Source: an uncultured Bdellovibrionales bacterium (lineage in GTDB: Bacteria; Patescibacteriota; Minisyncoccia; Moranbacterales; UBA9337). From it: a stretch of 64,000 bases of DNA. Positions 47,827 to 57,636 of this stretch are shown here, piece by piece. The stretch is from positions 39,256 through 103,255 of the forward strand of contig CAZSCV010000005.1 in assembly GCA_964605525.1 (NCBI GenBank), written 5' to 3'. Within the stretch, counting starts at the first letter, position 1. Each line of letters begins with the position of its first letter. The position numbers and the translations under genes were made by a program. The notes beneath the pieces were generated by a model. It was not told the origin of the DNA, did not search any database, and worked only from the letters and a program-made list of their open reading frames with translations.

Positions 47827-49200
47827 ATGAATGTATATATTATTGGAATTGAAGGTGCCGGGACTTCGGCTTTGGCGGAGATGTATGTTGATTTGGGGCA
47901 CAGTGTTTCCGGGTCTGATAATGGTGATCATTTTTATCAAGCGGCTCTCAAGAAAAAAAATGTTCCAGTTTTTTCTGAATATTTAGCGGAAAATATCCCG
48001 GATAAGATTGATTTGTTGGTTTTTTCCACCTCAATCAAAGAGGATAATCCGGAAATAGTTGAGGCGCGAAAAAGGGATTTGAGAATGCTTTCTTACCCGG
48101 AAGCCTTGGCGGAACTTTTCAATAGTAAAATCGGGATTGCTGTTTGCGGAACGCATGGAAAAACAACTACCACCGCGATGATAGCCCATATTTTGAATGA
48201 AATCGGAAAAGATCCGAGTGCTGTAGTGGGAAGCCGTGTTTTGAATTGGGGAGGGAATTCCATTTCCGGAGGAGGAGATTATTTCGTTATTGAAGCGGAT
48301 GAATATCAAAATAAATTGCAATATTACGAGCCATTTGCAGCTGTTCTTACAAGTATTGATTGGGATCATCCTGATTTTTATCCAACAGAGGCGTCTTATC
48401 GGCAGGCTTTTTCTGATTTTGTTTCCAAAGTGCCTAATCACGGATTTTTGGTTGTTTGTGGAGATGATTCGGCCGCAGGAAGCGTGGCACTTTCAGCTGT
48501 GTGCAAGATTTCGACGTACGGGTTCTTAGAAGGAAATGATTTTAGGATTATGGAACAAAAACCATGGGATGCAAAAAATAAAATGCGTAATTTTTCAATT
48601 ATTCATAAAAAGCAGACAGTAAGAGAATTTGAGATTGGATTGCCAGGAGATTACAATTTGCTTAATGCCGCGGCAGCTATTTCGGTTTGTTATCGGTTGA
48701 ATTTGGATATGAAAGAAGTAGCAGATGCTTTGCGCACTTTCAAGGGTACTGCTCGCAGATTTGAATATGTCGGAAAAAGAAACGATGCGATTTTAATTGA
48801 TGATTACGCGCATCATCCGGAAGAAGTTAAGGCCATGTTAAAATCTGCGCGCAGTTTGTATGAAAGGAAAAATATTATCGCACTTTTTCATCCGCATTCT
48901 TTTACTCGCACCGAAGCTCTTCTTGGTGATTTTGCGCAAAGTTTTGACAATGCCGACAAAGTTTTTGTTTTGGATATTTATGGTAGCGCTCGAGAGGAAA
49001 AAGGCAATGTGAGCTCGCAAAATTTGGTTGATCAAATTAATAGGTATTTTCCGGCAAAAGCTGAGCTAATCCCGACAATCCCCGAAGCGGTTGAATTTTT
49101 CAAAAATAAGCTTGCCAGTAAAGATATTCTGATTTCCATCGGTGCCGGAGATGTTTGGAAAGTGACGCATGAATTGGCCGGAAAAATAAAAAATAAATGA
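47827..49200 (+). CDS. murC: UDP-N-acetylmuramate--L-alanine ligase
   Basis: IGIEGAGTS, GTHGKTTT, EADEY, DDYAHHP. Confidence 0.95.
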   Translation: MNVYIIGIEGAGTSALAEMYVDLGHSVSGSDNGDHFYQAALKKKNVPVFSEYLAENIPDKIDLLVFSTSIKEDNPEIVEARKRDLRMLSYPEALAELFNSKIGIAVCGTHGKTTTTAMIAHILNEIGKDPSAVVGSRVLNWGGNSISGGGDYFVIEADEYQNKLQYYEPFAAVLTSIDWDHPDFYPTEASYRQAFSDFVSKVPNHGFLVVCGDDSAAGSVALSAVCKISTYGFLEGNDFRIMEQKPWDAKNKMRNFSIIHKKQTVREFEIGLPGDYNLLNAAAAISVCYRLNLDMKEVADALRTFKGTARRFEYVGKRNDAILIDDYAHHPEEVKAMLKSARSLYERKNIIALFHPHSFTRTEALLGDFAQSFDNADKVFVLDIYGSAREEKGNVSSQNLVDQINRYFPAKAELIPTIPEAVEFFKNKLASKDILISIGAGDVWKVTHELAGKIKNK

Positions 49201-49481
49201 GTAAATTATTCCTTTTTTTGACAGTATTTTTTTTGACAGTTAATTTACTGGCTTTTTTGGTGATGCTTTTGGATAAGGTTAAGTCGAAAAAGCCGGGAGC
49301 GGAGAGAATTTCAGAAGGGATGCTATTTTTTTTGGCGACAGTTTTTGGAAGCGTCGGAGTTTATGCCGGAATGTTCGTCTTTCGCCACAAAAGTCGAAAA
49401 TGGTATTTTTTGATCGGCATTCCACTACTGATTCTCCAAAACTGCGCATCCTTGTATTTTTTTTATATTTTTTATAAATAA
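49197..49481 (+). CDS. DUF1294 family membrane protein
   Basis: DK..S....RISE..L, FRHKSRKWYF. Confidence 0.85.
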   Translation: MSKLFLFLTVFFLTVNLLAFLVMLLDKVKSKKPGAERISEGMLFFLATVFGSVGVYAGMFVFRHKSRKWYFLIGIPLLILQNCASLYFFYIFYK

Positions 49482-49524
49482 AAGTGCGATCGAATAGCTC
49501 TTTTTTGTGGTATAATAAAAACAG

Positions 49525-50508
49525 ATGGCTATTGAAATTCAAAAAGATGTGCTTTTGGCACCATATACTACTTTTAAAATCGGCGGACCGGCGAGGTTTT
49601 TTGTCGAGGTGGAGAATGAAAAAGAATTGATTGAAGCTTTGGAATATGCCAAGAAAAACAATTTTGAGTATTTTATTTTGGGAGGAGGATCAAATATTTT
49701 GATTAGCGACAAAGGATTTGATGGGATGGTGATTAGGTTGCAAAATACAAAATATGAAATATCCGCCAATGGCGGATTGGCACCTGGTTTACAAGATGCG
49801 GATATTGAGTGCGGAGCGGGCGCGTTGCTTTCCGCTATTGTTTCTGAATCTGTGAAAAATGGATTGACCGGACTAGAATGGGCAGCGGGAATTCCCGGAA
49901 CAATCGGCGGAGCGGTGCGAGGGAATGCCGGAGCGTTTAATGGAGAAATGGTGCAAAGTGTTGTTTCGGTGAGAGCAATAAACACCCTTGATTCAAGAGT
50001 GGAAATTATTAAATTGACGAATGAAGATTGTCATTTTAAATATCGAAGCAGTATTTTCAAAGAAAATAAGGGGTGGATAATAATCTCAGTTAATCTGAAA
50101 TTAACAAAAGAAATAAACGCCGGAGAGAGTAGTAATAGAGTGAAAGAGATTATCCAAAAGAGAACTGGATCTAGCCCAAAATTTCCGAGCGCTGGAAGTA
50201 TATTCAAAAATTGTATAACATTTGATGAGCTAAAAGCACATAATAAAGAATTAGCCGATTATATTGTTCAAGAGGGAATCGTAAACAGAATGGGGAATGT
50301 CGGCACTGGTTTTTTGATTGAATATTTAGATTTAAAAGGGAAAAAAATTGGTGGAGCGGAAGTGAGTACTGTACATGGAAATTTTATAATCAATAATGGG
50401 AATGCCACTGCGGAGGATGTTATAATGTTAATAAATTTTATTAAGCAACAGGTTCGAACAAAATTAGGTATTCAGCTTCAGGAAGAGGTTCAACTGGTGG
50501 GATTTTAA
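49525..50508 (+). CDS. murB: UDP-N-acetylmuramate dehydrogenase with a repeat-derived insertion
   Basis: TTFKIGGPA, GGGSN, GIPGTIGGA..GNAGA, SAGSIFKN, HGNFIIN. Confidence 0.96.
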   Translation: MAIEIQKDVLLAPYTTFKIGGPARFFVEVENEKELIEALEYAKKNNFEYFILGGGSNILISDKGFDGMVIRLQNTKYEISANGGLAPGLQDADIECGAGALLSAIVSESVKNGLTGLEWAAGIPGTIGGAVRGNAGAFNGEMVQSVVSVRAINTLDSRVEIIKLTNEDCHFKYRSSIFKENKGWIIISVNLKLTKEINAGESSNRVKEIIQKRTGSSPKFPSAGSIFKNCITFDELKAHNKELADYIVQEGIVNRMGNVGTGFLIEYLDLKGKKIGGAEVSTVHGNFIINNGNATAEDVIMLINFIKQQVRTKLGIQLQEEVQLVGF

Positions 50509-50526
50509 TAATTAATAAAAATCAAT

Positions 50527-50901
50527 ATGGAAAACATGAGAATCATGCTCAAAGGGTTGACAATTGATGACAGAACAAGAGAGTATGTTGAAAAGCGAAT
50601 TGTTTCGATTAAAAAATTATTAAAAAAATACGATAGCAAAGAGGGAGATACATTGAAATTCGAAGTAGAAATTGATTTGGACAAAAAAGGAAAATTTCGA
50701 GTGGAAGTGATGGTGAAAACTCCGCGCAATTTGTATCGCGCCGAAGATATTACGGAATCGATTGAAGGTTCTGTTGATTTGGTTGAAGACCAGCTCAAAA
50801 AGCAAATCATTCGAAAAAAAGATGAGATCAGGACAAGAATTGTCCGAGGCGCTCGCTCACTGAAAAAGAAAATGTCAATTGATGAAGACGCAAGATTTTG
50901 A
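50527..50901 (+). CDS. hpf: Ribosome hibernation factor HPF/RaiA family
   Basis: REYVEKRI..I.K, RAEDITESIEGSVDLVEDQLKKQI; upstream of secA. Confidence 0.8.
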   Translation: MENMRIMLKGLTIDDRTREYVEKRIVSIKKLLKKYDSKEGDTLKFEVEIDLDKKGKFRVEVMVKTPRNLYRAEDITESIEGSVDLVEDQLKKQIIRKKDEIRTRIVRGARSLKKKMSIDEDARF

Positions 50902-50923
50902 TTTTAACAGCGTAAATAGAACT

Positions 50924-50952
50924 AAAAATCCTTCTTTGACGGAGGGATTTTT
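50924..50952 (+). terminator. Intrinsic terminator
   Basis: AAAAATCCTTC...GGAGGGATTTTT. Confidence 0.65.
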
Positions 50953-51005
50953 AATTGATATACTGGATAATGCTTGAAATTATCCAAAGATATTATATTT
51001 AAAAT

Positions 51006-53699
51006 ATGATTAAAATTTTCAAAAAAATATTCGGTTCAAATGAGCGGGAAATAAAAAAACTTCAACCGATTGTGGATAAGATAAATTTCTTAGATGAAGA
51101 AATTTCCAAACTTTCCGATGAAGATTTGAAGGGAAAAACGCAAGAATTTAAAAAAAGAATAAAGGATGCGGAAGATGAGAAAAAGGCGTTGGATGAAATT
51201 CTTCCTGAGGTTTTTGCGGTTGTGCGCGAAGCGGCGCATCGGGTGATTGGAGAAAAACATTACGATGTGCAATTAATCGGAGGATTGATTTTGCATCAAG
51301 GAAAAATTGCGGAAATGAAAACGGGGGAGGGAAAAACCCTGACTTCGACTTTGCCGATTTATCTTAATGCACTTTCCGGAAAAGGCGTGCACGTGGTTAC
51401 GGTCAATGATTATTTGGCAAAAAGAGATTGTAATTGGATGGGTTCTATTTTTAATTTTCTCAATCTTTCAACGGCTTGCATTATGCACGACGCCTCATAC
51501 CAGTATCGGCCGAAATTGATTGATGAAAATGAGGTGAGTGTAGAGATGGAAAATCTTTCTCCTGTTTCCCGCAAAGAAGCGTATAGTTGCGATATTACAT
51601 ATGGAACAAACAACGAATTCGGTTTTGATTTTTTGCGCGATAATATGGCGCACAGTTTGGAACAATATTCCCAGCGCGGATTTAATTATGTAATCGTTGA
51701 CGAAGTGGATTCAATTTTAATTGATGAGGCGCGGACCCCTTTGATTATTTCCGCTCCGGATACGGAATCCACCAAGCAATATGTGCAATTTGCAAAAATC
51801 GTACCTCAATTGAAAATGACGGAAGATTTTGAAGTGGATGAAAAAATGCGCTCTGTTACACTCACAGACAAAGGAATTTCCAAAGTGGAAAAACTTTTAG
51901 GAGTGGGAAATATTTATGAACCCGGAAAAATTAGCTATGTCCATCATTTGGAACAATCTTTGAAGGCGGAAATTCTTTTTAAGAAGGAAAAGGATTATAT
52001 TGTTAAGGATGGAAAGGTGGTGATCGTGGATGATTTCACTGGACGTTTGATGGAAGGGCGCCGGTATAGCGAAGGGTTGCATCAGGCGATTGAAGCGAAG
52101 GAGGGAGTTGCTGTTCAGAGAGAATCAAAGACATTGGCAACCATTACGTTTCAAAATTATTTCAGGATGTATGAAAAAATATCCGGTATGACCGGGACAG
52201 CAATTACGAGTGCGGAAGAATTTGCAAAAGTATATAAGCTGGATGTTGTGGATGTCCCGACCAATGTTTTGGCGCAAAGGAAAGATCTGCCAGACATTGT
52301 GTATAAAACTGAAGAAGGAAAATTCAAAGCTATTGTTGAAAAAATAAAAAAAATAAACGAGGCCGGACAACCGATTTTGGTTGGTACCGTGGCGATTGAA
52401 AAATCGGAATATTTAAGCGAGCTTTTGGAGCGGGATGGAGTTAGGCATGAAGTTCTTAATGCTAAACAGCATGAAAAAGAGGCGCAAATTATTTCTAACG
52501 CCGGACAGAAAGGATCAGTTACGATTGCTACTAATATGGCGGGGCGCGGAACTGATATTAAACTCGGAGAAGGCGTAAAAGGGTTGGGCGGATTGTATAT
52601 TATAGGAACGGAACGCCATGAAGCGAGAAGAATCGATAACCAGCTTCGCGGACGCTCCGGACGACAAGGAGATCCCGGGGTGTCGCAATTTTATGTTTCG
52701 CTTGAAGATGAACTGATGCGCCGTTTTGGAGGAGACCGGATGAAAAATATGATGAATACATTGGGCCTTCCGGACGATCAGCCGATTCAAAATAAAATTA
52801 TTTCAAAAACAATTGAAAATGCCCAATCAAAAATTGAAGGGTTTAATTTTGATATTCGCAAGCACGTTTTGGAATATGATGATGTGATGAATAAACAGCG
52901 GGAAGTTATTTATCGGAATCGAAGAAAAATTCTGGAAACAAAAAATGCTCGAAATGAAATATTTCAATATATTTCCGAAGAATTGGAGGCGATCGTTTCA
53001 TCTCGTTGCGGAACGGAAGAATGCAATTGGGATATAAAAACTATCATAACGGATATAGGAGGAATTTTTTCTTTGTCGGATGACAATAAAAAACAGCTTC
53101 AGGTAATCAGCAATGACAGGGGATTGGACGGAGCAACTCAAGCTAGTAAAATACTGGATTATTTAATGGGGATTGCCAAGCAAGCCTATGCAAAGAAGGA
53201 GGAAGAAATCGGAGAGGAAAATATGCGAAAAGTGGAAAAAATGATTATTTTGCAATCAATGGATACTCTCTGGATGAATCATTTGGATCAGATTGATTAT
53301 TTACGCCAGGGAATCGGACTTCGCGGTTATGGACAGCGCGATCCATTGATTGAGTACAAAAAAGAAGCGTATGATCTTTTCTCTACCTTAATTCGAAGTA
53401 TTCACTCAACGATTGTAAATACTATTTTCAAAATAACTCTTGCGCGCCCATTGGAGCAGATTTCGACTGAAGAAAAAAAGGAGAATTGGAAATTGCAAGG
53501 AGCTGATGATCAGATCGAGCAGTTTAAATCTGTCAAAAATCCGCAAGCATTCGCTTCCGGAGGATCGTCGCATGATGAAATTCCAAAACAGAAACCCATA
53601 AAGGTTGCCAAGCTTCCAGGAAGAAATGATCCTTGCCCATGCGGAGCAACAAAAGAAGACGGGACTCCGAAAAAATTCAAGAATTGCTGCGGAAAATAA
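51006..53699 (+). CDS. secA: Preprotein translocase ATPase SecA
   Basis: MKTGEGKT, DEVDSILIDEARTP, TNMAGRGTDI, GRQGDPG, GRNDPCPCG. Confidence 0.98.
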   Translation: MIKIFKKIFGSNEREIKKLQPIVDKINFLDEEISKLSDEDLKGKTQEFKKRIKDAEDEKKALDEILPEVFAVVREAAHRVIGEKHYDVQLIGGLILHQGKIAEMKTGEGKTLTSTLPIYLNALSGKGVHVVTVNDYLAKRDCNWMGSIFNFLNLSTACIMHDASYQYRPKLIDENEVSVEMENLSPVSRKEAYSCDITYGTNNEFGFDFLRDNMAHSLEQYSQRGFNYVIVDEVDSILIDEARTPLIISAPDTESTKQYVQFAKIVPQLKMTEDFEVDEKMRSVTLTDKGISKVEKLLGVGNIYEPGKISYVHHLEQSLKAEILFKKEKDYIVKDGKVVIVDDFTGRLMEGRRYSEGLHQAIEAKEGVAVQRESKTLATITFQNYFRMYEKISGMTGTAITSAEEFAKVYKLDVVDVPTNVLAQRKDLPDIVYKTEEGKFKAIVEKIKKINEAGQPILVGTVAIEKSEYLSELLERDGVRHEVLNAKQHEKEAQIISNAGQKGSVTIATNMAGRGTDIKLGEGVKGLGGLYIIGTERHEARRIDNQLRGRSGRQGDPGVSQFYVSLEDELMRRFGGDRMKNMMNTLGLPDDQPIQNKIISKTIENAQSKIEGFNFDIRKHVLEYDDVMNKQREVIYRNRRKILETKNARNEIFQYISEELEAIVSSRCGTEECNWDIKTIITDIGGIFSLSDDNKKQLQVISNDRGLDGATQASKILDYLMGIAKQAYAKKEEEIGEENMRKVEKMIILQSMDTLWMNHLDQIDYLRQGIGLRGYGQRDPLIEYKKEAYDLFSTLIRSIHSTIVNTIFKITLARPLEQISTEEKKENWKLQGADDQIEQFKSVKNPQAFASGGSSHDEIPKQKPIKVAKLPGRNDPCPCGATKEDGTPKKFKNCCGK

Positions 53700-53759
53700 A
53701 ATATTTCGGATGTTCTTGTGGGTAAAAAATCCAAAAACAGAATCAATAATAAATACAAA

Positions 53760-54221
53760 ATGATAACTTTTGAAGAATCTTCCGGTGCAGTGGTATTCCG
53801 GCGCGAAGAAGGAAAAATAAAATATCTGCTTTTGCAATATCGAAACAAGCACTGGAGTTTTCCGAAGGGTCATATTGAAAGCGGTGAATCTTTGCTCGAA
53901 ACAGTCAGAAGAGAAACAAAAGAGGAAACCGGAATTGATGATTTGGAAATATGCCCCGGCTTTTCCAGGCGTATTTATTTTTATTACAAAGCAGTCGGAT
54001 CAGAAAGGGAAGAGAGGATTAAATCAAAAAGAAGCATACGAATATTTAAGCGGGTAACTTTCTTTTTGGGAAAAACCGCAAAAGAGAAGGTTGTTTTGTC
54101 TGATGAGCAAATTGATTTTGCATGGCTAGAATTTGATAAGGCCTTCGAAAGGACGACGTATTCCAAAGACCGTTCGGTTCTTGTCGCGGCAAGTCAATAC
54201 TTGAAAAATGCCGAGATTTAG
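53760..54221 (+). CDS. NUDIX hydrolase (Ap4A-hydrolase-like; start 53760 or 53718)
   Basis: Nudix box GHIESGESLLETVRRETKEETG. Confidence 0.9.
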   Translation: MITFEESSGAVVFRREEGKIKYLLLQYRNKHWSFPKGHIESGESLLETVRRETKEETGIDDLEICPGFSRRIYFYYKAVGSEREERIKSKRSIRIFKRVTFFLGKTAKEKVVLSDEQIDFAWLEFDKAFERTTYSKDRSVLVAASQYLKNAEI

Positions 54222-54239
54222 TTTATACTCAAAAAAGAT

Positions 54240-55991
54240 ATGAACTCAATAAAAAAGACAAGAATAAAATTTGCATCGGTTATTGTCCTGGCTTTGCTGG
54301 CGGGAATTGTTTCCTATCCGCAATCAATAAAATTCATTCCTCCGGCATATAATGCCGTCAATAAATTGAAAATAAATTTAGGGCTGGATTTGCAAGGAGG
54401 AATACATTTGGAATATAAAGCTGACTTGAGCAAAATAGACAGCGCAAAAGTGGAAGAATCAATGCAGGCAGTGCAGGATGTTATTGAGAGAAGAGTCAAC
54501 GCTTTTGGAGTGGCGGAGCCGGTAATATACACCACTGAATCCGGATCAGAGCACAGGCTGGTTGTGGAATTGGCCGGAGTAAGGGATATCAATCAGGCAA
54601 AAAATTTAATCAAAGAAACGCCTTTTTTGGAATTTAAAAAAGAAGCCGACCTGAGTGATCCAGAAATCAAAACAGTTATTGATCAATTGAATGAAGAATC
54701 GAAATCCCAGGCTGATGATATTTTGATTCAGGCACTTTCTGAGAATAGTAATTTTGAAGAATTGGCAAAACAATACAGTCAAGATCCGGGATCAAAAAAT
54801 ACTGGGGGCGATTTGGGATTTGTTAAAAAAGGCGAGTTAGTCGGAGAATTTGATGCGATACTTTTTAATAATGATTTTAAAGACGGACAAATATATCCAA
54901 AGTTAATTGAAACTCAATATGGATGGCATATCATTAAAAAAATGGAAGCTCGCGGAGAAGAAGATAATATGGAGGTACGGTCGGAACACATTCTTTTTAT
55001 AAAAGCGACAGTTGATATGCTTCCGAGCTTGAAATATAAATCGACTGGTCTTACGGGGAAAAATTTAAAAAGTGCGGCTGTTGAATTTGCAAGCCAGGGT
55101 CTTTCGGAACCACAAGTAGCGTTGAAATTTGACGATGAAGGTACGAAAATTTTTGCCGAGCTGACGAAGGAAAATATTGGAAAAACCATCGCTATTTATC
55201 TTGACGGATTGCCCATCGTTGATACGAATGGGGATGGAATAATTGATAATAACGACGCTCCATATGCGCCGGTAATACAATCGGAAATTACCGACGGACA
55301 AGCGGTAATTTCAGGGAATTTCACATTGGATGAAGCGAAAAATCTTGTCGGGAGATTGAATGAAGGCGCATTGCCCGTGCCGATTAACTTGGTTAGCCAA
55401 GAGAGTGTTGATGCATCGCTGGGAGAACAGTCATTGTCCGCCAGTTTGAAAGCCGGATATATCGGACTTGGATTGGTGGTTATTTTCATGCTTTTGTATT
55501 ACAGATTTTTGGGTCTTATTGCTTCTGTAGCGCTGCTAATCTATTCCGGACTTATGGTTTCTATTTTTAAATTATCCGGACTCACACCTTGGCAAATAAC
55601 TTTGACATTGCCGGGTATTGCTGGTTTCATCTTGTCTATCGGTATGGCAGTGGATGCGAATATTTTGATTTTCGAAAGAACCAAAGAAGAAATCCGCCGA
55701 GGAAGAACCATTCTTGGAGCTTTGGACGAAGGCTTCAAAAGGGCTTGGACATCTATTCGGGATGGAAATTTTTCATCAATCATTACTTCATTTATTTTGA
55801 TTGAATTGGGAACTGGATTTGTTAAGGGGTTTGCTGTAACTTTGATTGTCGGAGTCCTACTCTCAATGTTTACCGCGGTTACGGTTTCCCGAACATTGTT
55901 AAATTTTATCTTAGGTGAATGGATTTCAGATAAATTGTGGCTGGTGGGAATAAAGAAAAGTGAAATTTCAAATATTAATAAAAAATCGTAA
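54240..55991 (+). CDS. secD: Protein translocase SecD with an inserted parvulin PPIase domain
   Basis: LGLDLQGG, GMAVDANILIFER; insert FEELAKQYSQDPGS..GGDLG..ETQYGWHII. Confidence 0.95.
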   Translation: MNSIKKTRIKFASVIVLALLAGIVSYPQSIKFIPPAYNAVNKLKINLGLDLQGGIHLEYKADLSKIDSAKVEESMQAVQDVIERRVNAFGVAEPVIYTTESGSEHRLVVELAGVRDINQAKNLIKETPFLEFKKEADLSDPEIKTVIDQLNEESKSQADDILIQALSENSNFEELAKQYSQDPGSKNTGGDLGFVKKGELVGEFDAILFNNDFKDGQIYPKLIETQYGWHIIKKMEARGEEDNMEVRSEHILFIKATVDMLPSLKYKSTGLTGKNLKSAAVEFASQGLSEPQVALKFDDEGTKIFAELTKENIGKTIAIYLDGLPIVDTNGDGIIDNNDAPYAPVIQSEITDGQAVISGNFTLDEAKNLVGRLNEGALPVPINLVSQESVDASLGEQSLSASLKAGYIGLGLVVIFMLLYYRFLGLIASVALLIYSGLMVSIFKLSGLTPWQITLTLPGIAGFILSIGMAVDANILIFERTKEEIRRGRTILGALDEGFKRAWTSIRDGNFSSIITSFILIELGTGFVKGFAVTLIVGVLLSMFTAVTVSRTLLNFILGEWISDKLWLVGIKKSEISNINKKS

Positions 55992-56003
55992 AACAGTTAT
56001 TAC

Positions 56004-56897
56004 ATGCTTAATATCATTTCAAAAACTAAATACGCATATATTTTCTCCATTATTTTATCGATTCTGAGTATTCTGAGTATTTCTTTGTGGGGTTTGAAAT
56101 TCGGTATTGATTTTACTGGCGGAACGGTGATGGAAATAAATTTTTCCCAAAATATTCCAACAAATGAAGATGCGACCGGCATCTTGGGCGATTTGAATTT
56201 AGGCAGTCTTACTATTCAAAAGAAAGGAGATAGTTCATTACTTGTGAGCTATGCTTCAGTTGACGATAGTGTCAATCAATCGGTGTGGGAAAAAATTAAC
56301 GGAAAATATCCGGAATCGACGCAAGTAAAGGTGGATTATCGCGATTCTTCCATTTCAAATGAGTTGAAAACTAATTCCTTGTGGGCGCTTTTTTGGGCGG
56401 CATTGGGTATTATGGCATTTATTGCTTTTGCTTTTCGAAAAGTTTCCCGTCCGGTTCAATCCTGGAAATATGGCGCTGGTGCGGTTGTCGCTTTGATTCA
56501 TGATGTATTAATTACAGTTGGGGCGTTTTCAATTCTGGGACATTTTGCGGGCATTGAAGTGGGGATTCCTTTTATTGCGGCACTGTTGACTATTTTAGGA
56601 TTTTCCGTTCATGATACTATCGTGGTTTATGACAGGACTCGTGAAAATTTGCTGAAAAGATTAGACAAGGAATCTTTTCCGGAAGTGGTTAACCGCAGTT
56701 TGAATGAAACGTTAGTGAGATCCATTAATACTTCGCTTACTGTGATTATAACACTGCTGGCAATTTATATTTTCGGAGGAGAAACTATTCAAAATTTCGC
56801 ATTGGCACTTTTGATTGGTGTTTCCTTTGGAACATATTCTTCAATTTTTATCGCGTCTGCTTTGCTGGTAACGAGTTATAATCGAATAAAAAAATAA
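56004..56897 (+). CDS. secF: Protein translocase SecF
   Basis: GIDFTGG, GFSVHDTIVVYDRTRE, RSINTS, GTYSSIFIA. Confidence 0.96.
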   Translation: MLNIISKTKYAYIFSIILSILSILSISLWGLKFGIDFTGGTVMEINFSQNIPTNEDATGILGDLNLGSLTIQKKGDSSLLVSYASVDDSVNQSVWEKINGKYPESTQVKVDYRDSSISNELKTNSLWALFWAALGIMAFIAFAFRKVSRPVQSWKYGAGAVVALIHDVLITVGAFSILGHFAGIEVGIPFIAALLTILGFSVHDTIVVYDRTRENLLKRLDKESFPEVVNRSLNETLVRSINTSLTVIITLLAIYIFGGETIQNFALALLIGVSFGTYSSIFIASALLVTSYNRIKK

Positions 56898-56908
56898 AAA
56901 ATATTCCA

Positions 56909-57607
56909 ATGGAAAAAAAAGAGAGAAAAACGGTTGTGATTTCATTAGGTGGATCGTTGGTTGTTCCGGAAGAAGTGGATACTGTTTTTGTTCGTGATTT
57001 CAAAAAAATGGTCGAAAGTCGATTGTGTGATTTTCGTTTTATTCTTGTTGTCGGAGGAGGAAAATTGGCGCGAAATTATATTATGGCAGCCGACAAAGTC
57101 GGAGAAATTACTAATGAAGATAAGGACTGGATTGGAATTCATGCCACTCGGATGAACGCACATTTTATCCGAACCGTTTTTCACAAGAATGCTTACAAAA
57201 AAATTATCACCAATGAGGAAAAAATTGAAGAATGTTTGGGATCAGACGCGCCAGTAGTCATTGCTTCCGGTTGGCGTCCGGGAAATTCCACAGACTTTAT
57301 CGCAGTAAGCTTGGCAAAACATCTTGGAATCAAGAATGTTATCAATCTTTCAAATATCAGTTATGTATATGACAAAGATCCGGGAAAATATTTCACGGCG
57401 CAAAAAATAAAAAATATTTCCTGGAATGATTTTCGAAAAATGTTTCAGCAGGAATGGAGCCCGGGACTCAATACTCCTTTTGATCCGGTTGCCGCACAAA
57501 TGGCGGAAAAGGAAGGTTTCCAAATTGCAATTATGCATGGTAAGGATTTGGAAAATTTAAAAAAATATCTAGACGGAAAAGAGTTTGAAGGAACCGTAAT
57601 TGGATAA
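56909..57607 (+). CDS. pyrH: UMP kinase (archaeal-type)
   Basis: VISLGGS, VGGGKLARNY, IGIHATRMNA, PGNSTD, PFDPVA. Confidence 0.9.
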   Translation: MEKKERKTVVISLGGSLVVPEEVDTVFVRDFKKMVESRLCDFRFILVVGGGKLARNYIMAADKVGEITNEDKDWIGIHATRMNAHFIRTVFHKNAYKKIITNEEKIEECLGSDAPVVIASGWRPGNSTDFIAVSLAKHLGIKNVINLSNISYVYDKDPGKYFTAQKIKNISWNDFRKMFQQEWSPGLNTPFDPVAAQMAEKEGFQIAIMHGKDLENLKKYLDGKEFEGTVIG

Positions 57608-57611
57608 AAAT

Positions 57612-57636
57612 AAAACCCCGGATTATTCCGGGGTTT
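57612..57636. terminator. Hairpin terminator between convergent genes
   Basis: AAAACCCCGG-ATTATT-CCGGGGTTT. Confidence 0.7.
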
